24,000 bases of DNA, from assembly GCA_035650275.1 (NCBI GenBank), contig DASRHY010000205.1:2666-26665 (forward strand), written 5' to 3'. The DNA is from Kribbellaceae bacterium (lineage in GTDB: Bacteria > Actinomycetota > Actinomycetes > Propionibacteriales > Kribbellaceae). This document shows positions 7,584 through 16,603 of this stretch, in pieces. The notes beneath the pieces are model-generated. The model made no database searches. It had not been told where the DNA came from and was given only the letters and a program-made list of their open reading frames with translations. A program made the position numbers and the translations under genes. Every line of letters begins with the position of its first letter. The first letter of the stretch is position 1.

Positions 7584-9245
7584 ATGCCGGCCGTTGATCC
7601 GAGACTGCTCGCGCAGTCGTGGGTGGTCCGGGTGCTGCTGGTGCGGTCCGCCGCTCTCGGCGTCGCCACCGCGGCGCTGGTCATCGCCCAGGCCTGGCTG
7701 CTGGCCCGGCTCATCTCTGCGTCATTCGAGGATGGCGCGGGACTTGCCGAGCTGCGCGACCCGCTGCTGGTCCTGCTCGGGGTTGTGTTGGCGCGGGCCG
7801 TACTCGCCTGGTGGGTCGAGGTGATGGCGCAGCGCGCCGGTACGCGGGTCAAGTCGGAGCTGCGGATGAACCTGCTCCGGCACGTTGTCGGGCTGGGCCC
7901 TGCCTGGCTCACCCGGCAGCGGACCGCCGACCTGGAAGCGCTCAGCACCCGTGGCCTCGACGGCCTCGACGGCTACTTCACCCGGTACCTGCCGCAGCTG
8001 GTGCTGGCTGTCGTCGTGCCCACGGCCGTCGTCGCCGCGGTGGTCACGCAGGACGTCGTGGCCGCCGCGATCATCGCCGGCACGGTCCCGCTGATCCCGC
8101 TGCTGATGTGGGTCGTCGGGGCCGGCACCAGGGCGCTCACGGCCAGGCGCCTCGCCACCCTGCAACGGCTGGGTGGCCACTTCCTGGACAGTGTGGCCGG
8201 GCTGACGACGCTCAAGGTGTTCGGACAGGCCCGCGCCCAGGCCGACCTCGTGCGGCGTACGACCGACGAGTTCCGCCGGGAGACGATGGGCACCCTGCGG
8301 GTGGCCTTCCTGTCCGCGCTCGTGCTGGAGCTGCTCGCCTCGTTGTCGGTCGCCGTCGTCGCAGTGGCCGTAGGGATCAGGCTCGTCGGCGGCGGGCTGG
8401 ACCTCTCGACGGGCCTGTTCGTGCTCGTCCTCGCACCCGAGGCCTACCTGCCGCTGCGGACGCTCGGCGCGAGCTTTCACGCGAGCGCGGACGGGGTGGC
8501 GGCCGCGGACCAGGCGTTCACGGTTCTGCGCAGCCCGCTCCCTGCCCGCCCTGACGGTGCCGGCGTACCGCGCCACCCGGCCGTGGACCTGCGACTGGAC
8601 GAGGTCCGCGTGACCTATCCCGACCGGGCCGCGCCCGCGCTCGACGGGGTGAGCCTGTCGGTCTGTCCGGGCGAGGTGGTGGCCGTGACCGGACCGAGTG
8701 GCTGCGGCAAGTCCACCCTGATCGCCGTACTCCTGGGCTTCGTCGGCGTCGACTCCGGACGGGTCACCGTCTGCGGATCCGACCTCGGCCGGCTGGACCT
8801 GGACCAGTGGCGCCGGCAGGTGGCCTGGGTCCCGCAGCGCCCGTACCTGCTCGCCACGACACTGGCCGACAACATCAGGCTCGGCAGACCGGACGCCCCG
8901 GACGCGGACGTGCTGCGCGCGGCACGCGACGCGGGACTCGGCCGGCTCGTCGACCGGCTGCCGGAAGGTCTCGCGACCCCGCTGGGCGAACGCGGCGCCG
9001 GGCTGTCGGCGGGTGAGCGACAGCGCATCGCACTGGCGCGGGCGTTCGTGATGGATGCGCCGCTGCTGTTGCTCGACGAGCCGACGGCCAACCTCGACGG
9101 CGACACCGAGGCATCGGTGCTGGACGCGGTACGGCGGCTGGCTGACGGGCGGACCGTGCTGATGGCCGCTCACCGGCCGGGCTTGGTCGCGCTGGCGCAC
9201 ACCGAGATCCGGCTCGACCGTCCGAGAGTCGTGGACCGCGCATGA
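7584..9245 (+). CDS. cydD: Thiol reductant ABC exporter subunit CydD
   Basis: Six-helix ABC exporter TMD followed by an NBD (Walker A GPSGCGKST, signature LSAGERQR, Walker B LLLLDEPTANLD). It is paired with cydC and followed by cydAB. ATG 7584 is preceded by AGGAG (7574-7578); GTG 7557 is an alternative start. Confidence 0.88.
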   Translation: MPAVDPRLLAQSWVVRVLLVRSAALGVATAALVIAQAWLLARLISASFEDGAGLAELRDPLLVLLGVVLARAVLAWWVEVMAQRAGTRVKSELRMNLLRHVVGLGPAWLTRQRTADLEALSTRGLDGLDGYFTRYLPQLVLAVVVPTAVVAAVVTQDVVAAAIIAGTVPLIPLLMWVVGAGTRALTARRLATLQRLGGHFLDSVAGLTTLKVFGQARAQADLVRRTTDEFRRETMGTLRVAFLSALVLELLASLSVAVVAVAVGIRLVGGGLDLSTGLFVLVLAPEAYLPLRTLGASFHASADGVAAADQAFTVLRSPLPARPDGAGVPRHPAVDLRLDEVRVTYPDRAAPALDGVSLSVCPGEVVAVTGPSGCGKSTLIAVLLGFVGVDSGRVTVCGSDLGRLDLDQWRRQVAWVPQRPYLLATTLADNIRLGRPDAPDADVLRAARDAGLGRLVDRLPEGLATPLGERGAGLSAGERQRIALARAFVMDAPLLLLDEPTANLDGDTEASVLDAVRRLADGRTVLMAAHRPGLVALAHTEIRLDRPRVVDRA

Positions 9246-10954
9246 AGACCGTCGTGACGACCCGGCTGGCCGCGGCCACCCTGCTCGGAGCGGGTGGTGC
9301 CGCCGCCGGCCTCGGTCTCGCCGCCACCGCGAGCTGGCTCATCGCGCGCGCCTCCGAGCACCCGAACATGGCGGCCCTCGGACTCGCCGTCGTGGCGGTG
9401 CGGTTCTTCGGGATCAGCCGCGGTCTGCTGCGGTACGCCGAACGCCTGGTCGGGCACGACGCCGCGTTCCACGCCCTGGCGGACCTGCGGATGCGGGTCT
9501 ACCGCAAGCTCGAGAACCTGGCCCCGGCAGGCCTGCCGGTCTTCCGCAGCGGTGACCTGCTGGCCCGTCTCGTCGACGACGTGGACTCGCTGCAGGACCT
9601 GCTGCTGCGCGTCGTTCCGCCGTACGTCGTGGCGGCGGTCGTCACCGGCCTGACGGCCGGGCTGGTCGGGATACTGCTGCCGAGCGCCGGTGTCCTGGTC
9701 CTGGTCGCGGCGCTGCTCTGCGCGACCGCCGTACCAGCACTGGCACAACAGCTCGTACGGCGGTCCGAGGCGCGCCAGGCCGAGACGCGCGGCGAGCTGT
9801 CGACGACCGTGGTCGACCTGGTCCAGGGCGCGCCGGACCTGATCGCCTACGGCGCGACCGGCAGCCAGCTGCGACGGGCCGCGACGGCGGACGCCGAGCT
9901 GACCCGGGTGGCGCGCGCGGCCGCCCGTACCGCCGGCATCGGGTCGGGCATCACCACGCTGCTCGCGGGGCTGTGCGTCTGGGGCGTGGTCGCGGTCGGC
10001 ATCCCGGCCGTGCAGGACGGCCGGCTTCGCGGTGTCCTGCTTGCCGTCGTCGTCCTTGTCCCGCTCGCTGCCTTCGAGCTCGTCGGTGGTCTCCCCCAGG
10101 CATTCGCGACGCTCGAGCGGGTACGCCGTTGCCGCGACCGGGTCGATGCAGTGCTGGACGCGGCCGCGCCGGTCCACGAACCGCCGACCCCGTCGGCGAT
10201 GCCGGCCGCGCCGTACTCGATCCGGCTACGCGGAGTGCGCGCCCGCTATCCGTCCGGACGACTCGCGCTGGACGGGCTCGATCTGGATCTGCCTCCGGGG
10301 CGCCGGGTGGCGGTGGTCGGTCCGAGTGGGGCGGGCAAGTCCACGCTCGCCGCCGTCCTCGTCCGGTTCCTGGATGTCGAGGCCGGCACGGCGACGCTCA
10401 ACGGGGTCGCGCTCGGCGACCTGGACGGCGGCGACGTCCGTTGCGTCATCGGGCTCGCCGCACAGGATGCGCACCTCTTCGACCGCACGATCGGCGACAA
10501 CCTCCGGCTGGCGCGGCCGGACGCCACCGAGGCAGAGCTACGGTCGGCGCTCGCGGCGGCGAGGCTGCTGGACTGGGTCGACAACCTGCCGAAAGGCCTG
10601 GCCACCGAGGTCGGCGAGCACGGCGCCCGGCTGTCGGGCGGTCAGCGACAGCGGCTGGTCGTCGCGCGCGTCCTGCTCGCGGACTTCCCGGTGCTGGTCC
10701 TCGACGAGCCGGCCGAGCACCTCGACACCGAGGCCGCCGACGCGCTGACCGCCGACCTGCTGGCTGCGTCGTCGGGTCGTACCACCCTGCTGATCACGCA
10801 CCGGCTGAGCGGCCTGCACGCCGTCGACCAGATCCTGCTGCTCGACGCCGGCCGGGTCGTGGAGGCCGGCACGCACGCCGAGCTGGTCGCGGCCGGCGGC
10901 GCCTATGCACGGACCTGGGCCAGGGAAGGAGGAGATTTCATCCGACCGGGATGA
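9242..10954 (+). CDS. cydC: Thiol reductant ABC exporter subunit CydC
   Basis: ATGA overlap with the cydD stop at 9242-9245. TMD plus NBD (GPSGAGKST, LSGGQRQR, VLVLDEPAEHLD, LLITHR). Confidence 0.88.
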   Translation: MKTVVTTRLAAATLLGAGGAAAGLGLAATASWLIARASEHPNMAALGLAVVAVRFFGISRGLLRYAERLVGHDAAFHALADLRMRVYRKLENLAPAGLPVFRSGDLLARLVDDVDSLQDLLLRVVPPYVVAAVVTGLTAGLVGILLPSAGVLVLVAALLCATAVPALAQQLVRRSEARQAETRGELSTTVVDLVQGAPDLIAYGATGSQLRRAATADAELTRVARAAARTAGIGSGITTLLAGLCVWGVVAVGIPAVQDGRLRGVLLAVVVLVPLAAFELVGGLPQAFATLERVRRCRDRVDAVLDAAAPVHEPPTPSAMPAAPYSIRLRGVRARYPSGRLALDGLDLDLPPGRRVAVVGPSGAGKSTLAAVLVRFLDVEAGTATLNGVALGDLDGGDVRCVIGLAAQDAHLFDRTIGDNLRLARPDATEAELRSALAAARLLDWVDNLPKGLATEVGEHGARLSGGQRQRLVVARVLLADFPVLVLDEPAEHLDTEAADALTADLLAASSGRTTLLITHRLSGLHAVDQILLLDAGRVVEAGTHAELVAAGGAYARTWAREGGDFIRPG

Positions 10955-11039
10955 CGACTTCGCCGGTGATGCCGGTCAGCCTTCGGAGACGGGCGAACTC
11001 TCATCGCGGAGGGCGATCAGCTTCGACGGAAGGCCATTG

Positions 11040-12440
11040 ATGGACCCGACCGATCTGGCGCGCATCCAGTTCGCCACGACCAGCATCTACCACTTCGTCT
11101 TCGTCCCGGTCACGATCGGGCTGGCGTTCCTGGTGGCCCTGCTGCACACCCGGTGGTTCCGGTCGGGCAACCCCGAGGACAAGCGACTGACCCGGTTCTT
11201 CGGCACCTTGCTGCTGATCAACGTCGCGGTCGGCGTTGTCACCGGCCTGGTGCAGGAGTTCCAGTTCGGCATGAACTGGTCGGCGTACTCCCGGTTCGTC
11301 GGCGACGTCTTCGGTGCGCCGCTGGCGATGGAGGGCCTGGCGGCGTTCTTCCTCGAGTCGACGTTCCTGGGTCTGTGGGTCTTCGGCTGGAACGTCCTTC
11401 CTCGCCGTGTGCACCTCGCCACCGTGTGGCTGGTCGCCGTGGGGGCGGCGTTGTCGGCCGCGTTCATCATGGCCGCCAACTCGTGGATGCAGCACCCGGT
11501 GGGCTACACGACCGACCCCCAGACCGGTCGTCCCCAGCTGAGCTCGATCGCGGACCTGTTCACCAACCCCGTCTTCATCTGGGGCTACATACACGTGATC
11601 CTGGCGTCCCTGGTGACCGGTGCCGTGGTGATGCTGTCGGTGTCCGCCTGGCAGCTCCGGCGCAAGTCCGACAGCGCGCTGTTCGGCCACTCGGCAACGC
11701 TCGCGCTGGTGGTGCTGGTGCCCGCCTCGATCCTGGCGCTCGGGGTCGGTAGCCACCTCGGCGTGGTGGAGGCGGAATACCAGCCGATGAAGATCTCGGC
11801 GGCCGAGGCGCAGTGGGAGACCTGCCAGCCCTGCTCGTTCTCGCTGTTCCAGGTCGGTGGCGGCAGGAACGACGAGACGCCCACGCAGCTGATCGAGGTA
11901 CCTCACCTGTTGTCCGTACTCGCGACGGGTAGCTGGAACGGCGAGGTGACGGGGCTCAATGAGCTGCAGGAGCAGGACGCCCAGCAGTACGGCGAGGGCA
12001 ACTACGTGCCGAACGTGTTCATCCAGTACTGGTCGATGCGGGTGATGGCCTACCTCGGCAGCCTGGTCGCACTGCTCGCGCTGTGGGGAGCCTGGCTGCG
12101 GTGGCGCCGAAAGCTCGCGACCTCACGGGTGTTCCTGGTGGTGGCGACCTGGGCCGTCCTCGCGCCCTTCCTGATGAACACGGCCGGGTGGATGCTCACC
12201 GAGAACGGCCGCCAGCCCTGGCTCGTGCAGGGACTCATGAAGACAGCCGACGGAGTGTCCACGTCGGTCAGCACGACGGAGCTGGCGATCAGCCTCGCGG
12301 TGTTCATCGCGATCTACCTGCTGCTCGCCGTCGTCTACGGATTCCTGATGCTGCGCTATGCGCGGCGCGGCCTCGAGCTCGAGCACGCCGAGGAGGAGCC
12401 GGGGGGCGACTCGCCGCGCACCCCTGCCCTCACCTACTGA
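11040..12440 (+). CDS. cydA: Cytochrome bd ubiquinol/menaquinol oxidase subunit I (short Q-loop type, 466 aa)
   Basis: N-terminus DLARIQFATTSIYHFVFVPVTIGL contains the conserved heme-ligand His. The motifs EFQFGMNWS and GWMLTENGRQPWLV are present. ATG 11040 is preceded by GGAAGG (11025-11030). The 45-codon upstream extension in the track has no homology. Confidence 0.93.
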   Translation: MDPTDLARIQFATTSIYHFVFVPVTIGLAFLVALLHTRWFRSGNPEDKRLTRFFGTLLLINVAVGVVTGLVQEFQFGMNWSAYSRFVGDVFGAPLAMEGLAAFFLESTFLGLWVFGWNVLPRRVHLATVWLVAVGAALSAAFIMAANSWMQHPVGYTTDPQTGRPQLSSIADLFTNPVFIWGYIHVILASLVTGAVVMLSVSAWQLRRKSDSALFGHSATLALVVLVPASILALGVGSHLGVVEAEYQPMKISAAEAQWETCQPCSFSLFQVGGGRNDETPTQLIEVPHLLSVLATGSWNGEVTGLNELQEQDAQQYGEGNYVPNVFIQYWSMRVMAYLGSLVALLALWGAWLRWRRKLATSRVFLVVATWAVLAPFLMNTAGWMLTENGRQPWLVQGLMKTADGVSTSVSTTELAISLAVFIAIYLLLAVVYGFLMLRYARRGLELEHAEEEPGGDSPRTPALTY

Positions 12441-12452
12441 CGGAGGCCGGAC

Positions 12453-13436
12453 GTGGGACTGCCCGAGCTGTGGTTCGTGATCATCGCCGTCTTCTGGACC
12501 GGCTTCTTCGTCCTGGAGGGATTCGACTTCGGGGTAGGCGTCCTGCACCGTTTCGTCGGACGCACGGAGCGGGAGCGCCGGGTGGCGATCAACACGATCG
12601 GCCCGTTCTGGGACGGCAACGAGGTGTGGCTGGTGGTCGGCGGCGCGGCGATCTTCGCGGCGTTCCCCGGCTGGTATGCCACCTGGTTCTCGGCCAGCTA
12701 CCTCGCCGTCGTCCTGCTGCTGGGCGCGTTGATCATCCGCGGCGTGTCGTTCGAGTTCCGCGGCAAGGTGGACCAGGGCGGCTGGCGCCGGCTGTGGAGC
12801 GGCACCCTCACGGTCGGCAGCGTGCTGGCGCCACTGGTCCTCGGGATCGCGCTCGGCGATCTGGTCGCCGGTCTTCCCATCGACGCGAACGGGGAGTTCA
12901 CCGGATCGTTCTGGGACCTCTTCACGCCGTACGGTCTGTGGACCGGGCTGACCCTGCTGGTGCTCTGCCTGCTGAACGGGGCGACCTTCCTCGGCCTCAA
13001 GACCACGGATGAGCTGCGGCTGCGCGCCCACGCCGCCGCTCGCCGAATCAGCTGGGCGAGCGTCCTCGTGGTCGCGGCGTTCTCGGTGTGGACAGTGATC
13101 ATCGCCGACCAGGGCTGGGCGCCGATCGTGGTTCTGGTACTCGCGCCCGTGGCGTCCTTCGCCGCGGCCTGGGCAGTGCACCGAGGACGCGACGGCCCCG
13201 GGTTCGCCCTGACGGCGGCGGCGGTGGCGTGCACCGTGACGGGGCTGTTCGCCAGTCTCTATCCCAACGTGCTCGTGTCCAGCACCGACGCCGCGAACAG
13301 CCTCACAGTCGGCAACACCGCGTCGGCCGACTACGCGCTCACGGTGATGAGCGTCATCGCACTGGTGTTCTTCCCGCTGGTGCTGCTCTACCAGGGATGG
13401 TCGTACGTCGTTTTCCGCCACCGGCTGAGTGCGTAA
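12453..13436 (+). CDS. cydB: Cytochrome bd oxidase subunit II
   Basis: Typical CydB N-terminus: LWFVIIAVFWTGFFVLEGFDFGVG..L........RR..INTIGPFWDGNEVWL. GTG 12453 is preceded by GGAGG (12442-12446), 12 nt after the cydA stop. Confidence 0.93.
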   Translation: MGLPELWFVIIAVFWTGFFVLEGFDFGVGVLHRFVGRTERERRVAINTIGPFWDGNEVWLVVGGAAIFAAFPGWYATWFSASYLAVVLLLGALIIRGVSFEFRGKVDQGGWRRLWSGTLTVGSVLAPLVLGIALGDLVAGLPIDANGEFTGSFWDLFTPYGLWTGLTLLVLCLLNGATFLGLKTTDELRLRAHAAARRISWASVLVVAAFSVWTVIIADQGWAPIVVLVLAPVASFAAAWAVHRGRDGPGFALTAAAVACTVTGLFASLYPNVLVSSTDAANSLTVGNTASADYALTVMSVIALVFFPLVLLYQGWSYVVFRHRLSA

Positions 13437-13510
13437 GGAATTTCCCGGACGGAGGAACGTCACCCCACCCGGATGATGAATCTGGTCGGACCGAGCCGTT
13501 GAGTGGAGAT

Positions 13511-15091
13511 ATGGCAGGCGACCAGCACTATGACGTGATCATCATCGGCACCGGGGCCGGCGGCGGCACGCTGGCGCACCGGCTCGCACCGTCGGGCAAG
13601 AGTGTCCTGCTCCTCGAACGCGGCGACTACCTCCCCCGCGAACGGGAGAACTGGAGCTCCACCGCGGTATTCGTCCAGGGCAGGTACCGCGCTCCCGAGT
13701 TCTGGTACGACCAGCACGGCCACGAGTTCCCACCCGAGACCAACTACTACGTCGGCGGCAACACGAAGTTCTACGGCGCCGCGCTGTTCCGGCTGCGTCC
13801 GGAGGACTTCGGCGAGCTGCGGCACCACGGCGGCGTCTCCCCCGCCTGGCCGATCCGGTACGAGGACCTCGAGCCGTACTACACCCAGGCCGAGCACCTC
13901 TACCTCGTGCACGGCCGCCACGGCGAGGATCCGACCGAGGGGCCGGCGAGCGCCGAGTACCTCTACCCGCCGGTCGAGCACGAGCCACGGATCCAGCAGC
14001 TGAGCGACGACCTGGAGAAGCAGGGTCTGCATCCGTTCCACCTGCCGATCGGGGTCAACCTCACCCAGGACGAGCAGGGCCGGGCAACAAGGGACAGCGT
14101 CTGCATCCGCTGTGACCGCGTGGACGGATTCCCGTGCACGCTCAACGCGAAGTCGGATGCACAGGTCATCTGCGTCGACCCGGCACTCGAACACGACAAC
14201 GTGCACCTGCTGACGAATGCCCACGTTCTCCGGCTGGAGACCGACCCGACCGGCCGGACCGTCACGCAGGTCGTCGCGGCCGTCGAGGACGGGTCAACGG
14301 TCCAGTTCAGCGCGGAGATCGTGGTGGTGGCCTGCGGCGCGGTCAACTCCGCCGTACTCCTGCTGCGCTCGGCCGGCGACCAGCATCCGAACGGCCTCGC
14401 GAACAGCTCGGACGTCGTCGGCAGGCACTACATGCGGCACAACAACCTGGCGCTGATGGCCGTGTCGAAGGAGCCGAACCCGACCCGGTTCGAGAAGACG
14501 CTGGCGATGAACGACTGGTACCTCGGCGCCGACGACTGGGACTACCCGCTCGGCGGGATCCAGATGCTCGGCAAGTCCGACGCCGATCAGGTCCGCAGCG
14601 GCGCGCCGCGCTGGGCGGCCAAGGTGTCACCGGACATGCCGTTCGAGACGATCGCGCACCACGCTGTGGACTTCTGGCTGTGCGGGGAGGACCTCCCGCA
14701 GCCTGACAACAGGGTGACCCTGGACCAGGACGACGCGATCCGCCTCGCGCTCGATGAGACGAACAACATCGAGGGCGTCAAGCGTCTCAGGCACAAACTG
14801 CAGGGCATGCTCGGTGACCTGGGCATGCACGAGCACAAGCTGCTCGACCACAGCATCTACCTGCACAAGGGCATGCCGATCGGTGCCACCGCGCACCAGG
14901 CGGGCACGGTGCGGTTCGGCGACGACCCGAAGACCTCGGCGCTCGACGTGAACTGCAAGGCACACGACCTCGACAACCTGTACGTCGTGGACACCAGCTT
15001 CTTCCCGAGCATCGGCGCGGTGAACCCGTCGCTGACCGCGATCGCGAACGCTCTGCGGGTCGGGGACCACATCGCCGACCGACTCCGGTGA
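13511..15091 (+). CDS. GMC (glucose-methanol-choline) family FAD-dependent oxidoreductase
   Basis: N-terminal Rossmann motif YDVIIIGTGAGGGTLAHRLA..GKSVLLLERG. C-terminal GMC active-site region ATAHQAGTVRFG...LYVVDTSFFPSIGAVNPSLTAIANA. ATG 13511 is preceded by GTGGAG. The long upstream extension in the track overlaps cydB in another frame. Confidence 0.85.
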   Translation: MAGDQHYDVIIIGTGAGGGTLAHRLAPSGKSVLLLERGDYLPRERENWSSTAVFVQGRYRAPEFWYDQHGHEFPPETNYYVGGNTKFYGAALFRLRPEDFGELRHHGGVSPAWPIRYEDLEPYYTQAEHLYLVHGRHGEDPTEGPASAEYLYPPVEHEPRIQQLSDDLEKQGLHPFHLPIGVNLTQDEQGRATRDSVCIRCDRVDGFPCTLNAKSDAQVICVDPALEHDNVHLLTNAHVLRLETDPTGRTVTQVVAAVEDGSTVQFSAEIVVVACGAVNSAVLLLRSAGDQHPNGLANSSDVVGRHYMRHNNLALMAVSKEPNPTRFEKTLAMNDWYLGADDWDYPLGGIQMLGKSDADQVRSGAPRWAAKVSPDMPFETIAHHAVDFWLCGEDLPQPDNRVTLDQDDAIRLALDETNNIEGVKRLRHKLQGMLGDLGMHEHKLLDHSIYLHKGMPIGATAHQAGTVRFGDDPKTSALDVNCKAHDLDNLYVVDTSFFPSIGAVNPSLTAIANALRVGDHIADRLR

Positions 15092-15108
15092 GCCCGCTCG
15101 GGCTCACC
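15087..15108 (+). terminator. Perfect 9-bp stem, 4-nt loop hairpin overlapping the GMC gene stop codon (possible terminator or attenuator before zwf)
   Basis: ggtgagccc (15087-15095), loop gctc, gggctcacc (15100-15108). The TGA stop at 15089-15091 lies in the 5' arm. It is followed by tgacggaactgattt, with no strong U-tract. Confidence 0.35.
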
Positions 15109-15134
15109 TGACGGAACTGATTTGGGAGACCCTC

Positions 15135-16517
15135 ATGGCAACAGCCACTGCCGACATGGACGCGCTGGTGATCTTCGGCGCGACCGGCGATCTCGCGAAG
15201 CTGGAGACCTTCCCCGCCCTGGTGGGACTGGTCGACCGAGGGGTCCTCGATGTTCCGATCATCGGGGTCGCCAAGAGCGGCTGGGACCTCGACCAGTTCC
15301 GCGACTACGCCGCCGCGTCACTGCGCCTCAACGACATGAGCACGGACACGCCCGCCGCGGCCAAGATGCTCGGCCTGCTGCGCTACGTCGACGGTGACCT
15401 CGGCGACGAGTCGACGTACGACGCGATGGCCGGCGAGGTCGGCAGTGGCGGGCGGGCACTGTTCTACCTCGAGGTGCCGCCGCCCCTGTTCGGCCGCATC
15501 GCCCAGGGCATCGCCGCCGCCGGAAAGGCCGACGGCGCGCGAGTGATGGTGGAGAAGCCCTTCGGCACCGATCTCGCCAGCGCCGAGCAGCTCAACACGA
15601 CCATGACGCAGGTCTTCCCCGAGCACGCGATCTACCGCGTGGATCACTGGCTCGGCCTGGACCCGCTGGAGAACGTCCTGTTCACCCGCTTCGGCAACTC
15701 GGTGATCGAGCCGCTGCTCAACCGGAACCACGTGGAGAGCATCCAGATCACGATGGCCGAGAGCTTCGACGTCTCGGACCGGGGCAGCTTCTACGACCGC
15801 ACCGGCGCGATCCGCGACGTGGTTCAGAACCACATGCTGCAGGTGCTCGCGAGCGTGCTGGCCGACCCGCCGACCACGCGGGGGCAGGACGGGTGGCGGA
15901 CCGAGAAGGCCAAGATCGTGGCGGCGCTGCGCCCCCTGACCGCCGCGGACGCGGTGCGTGGGCAGTACGACGGATACCTGGACGTTGCGGGCGTCGATGC
16001 CAAGTCCACGACCGAGACGTACGTCGCCGTCCGACTGGCCGCCGATACCTGGCGATGGGCCGACGTGCCGATCGCGATCCGCGCGGGGAAGTGCATGCCG
16101 GTCACCGCGACCGAGGTGGCGGTCCGGTTCCGCCGGCCTCCGCAGGACTTCCTCGAGCTCGGTCCATCCGCCAGCCCGAACCTGCTGCGGTTCCGGATCT
16201 GGCCGGAGAGCGAGGTCGGTCTCACTCTCACGGGCAAGAAGCCGGGCGCAGGCTGGACCGCGCAGACCGAGGACCTCGCCTTCGCCCAGGCGCCGGGATC
16301 CGACATGCGGCCGTACGACCGGCTGATCGGTGCCGCGCTGGAGGGCGAGCAGTGGCTGTTCGCCCCGCAGGACACGGTCGAGGCCGCGTGGCGGGTGGTC
16401 GATCCCGTGCTCGGCGATGCCGTCCCGGTCGTGCCGTACAGCAGGGGTAGCTGGGGGCCGAAGGAGGCCGACGCGCTGCTGCCGCAGGGTGCCACCTGGC
16501 ACGACCCGCGCGGATGA
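15135..16517 (+). CDS. zwf: Glucose-6-phosphate dehydrogenase family protein (short, divergent Zwf paralog)
   Basis: Motifs LVIFGATGDLAK, VEKPFG, YRVDHWLG and IRDVVQNHMLQVLA, and the C-terminal RGSWGP, are collinear with Zwf. ATG 15135 is preceded by GGGAG (15124-15128). The motif Lys is replaced (see findings). Confidence 0.85.
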   Translation: MATATADMDALVIFGATGDLAKLETFPALVGLVDRGVLDVPIIGVAKSGWDLDQFRDYAAASLRLNDMSTDTPAAAKMLGLLRYVDGDLGDESTYDAMAGEVGSGGRALFYLEVPPPLFGRIAQGIAAAGKADGARVMVEKPFGTDLASAEQLNTTMTQVFPEHAIYRVDHWLGLDPLENVLFTRFGNSVIEPLLNRNHVESIQITMAESFDVSDRGSFYDRTGAIRDVVQNHMLQVLASVLADPPTTRGQDGWRTEKAKIVAALRPLTAADAVRGQYDGYLDVAGVDAKSTTETYVAVRLAADTWRWADVPIAIRAGKCMPVTATEVAVRFRRPPQDFLELGPSASPNLLRFRIWPESEVGLTLTGKKPGAGWTAQTEDLAFAQAPGSDMRPYDRLIGAALEGEQWLFAPQDTVEAAWRVVDPVLGDAVPVVPYSRGSWGPKEADALLPQGATWHDPRG

Positions 16518-16603
16518 GCCGATGAGAAGCGAACGAGCTTTCACGATGTAGCAGTCCGCGCCTGGTGCGCAGACCGCTATCGCAGCCGAACAGGAGATGC
16601 GCC

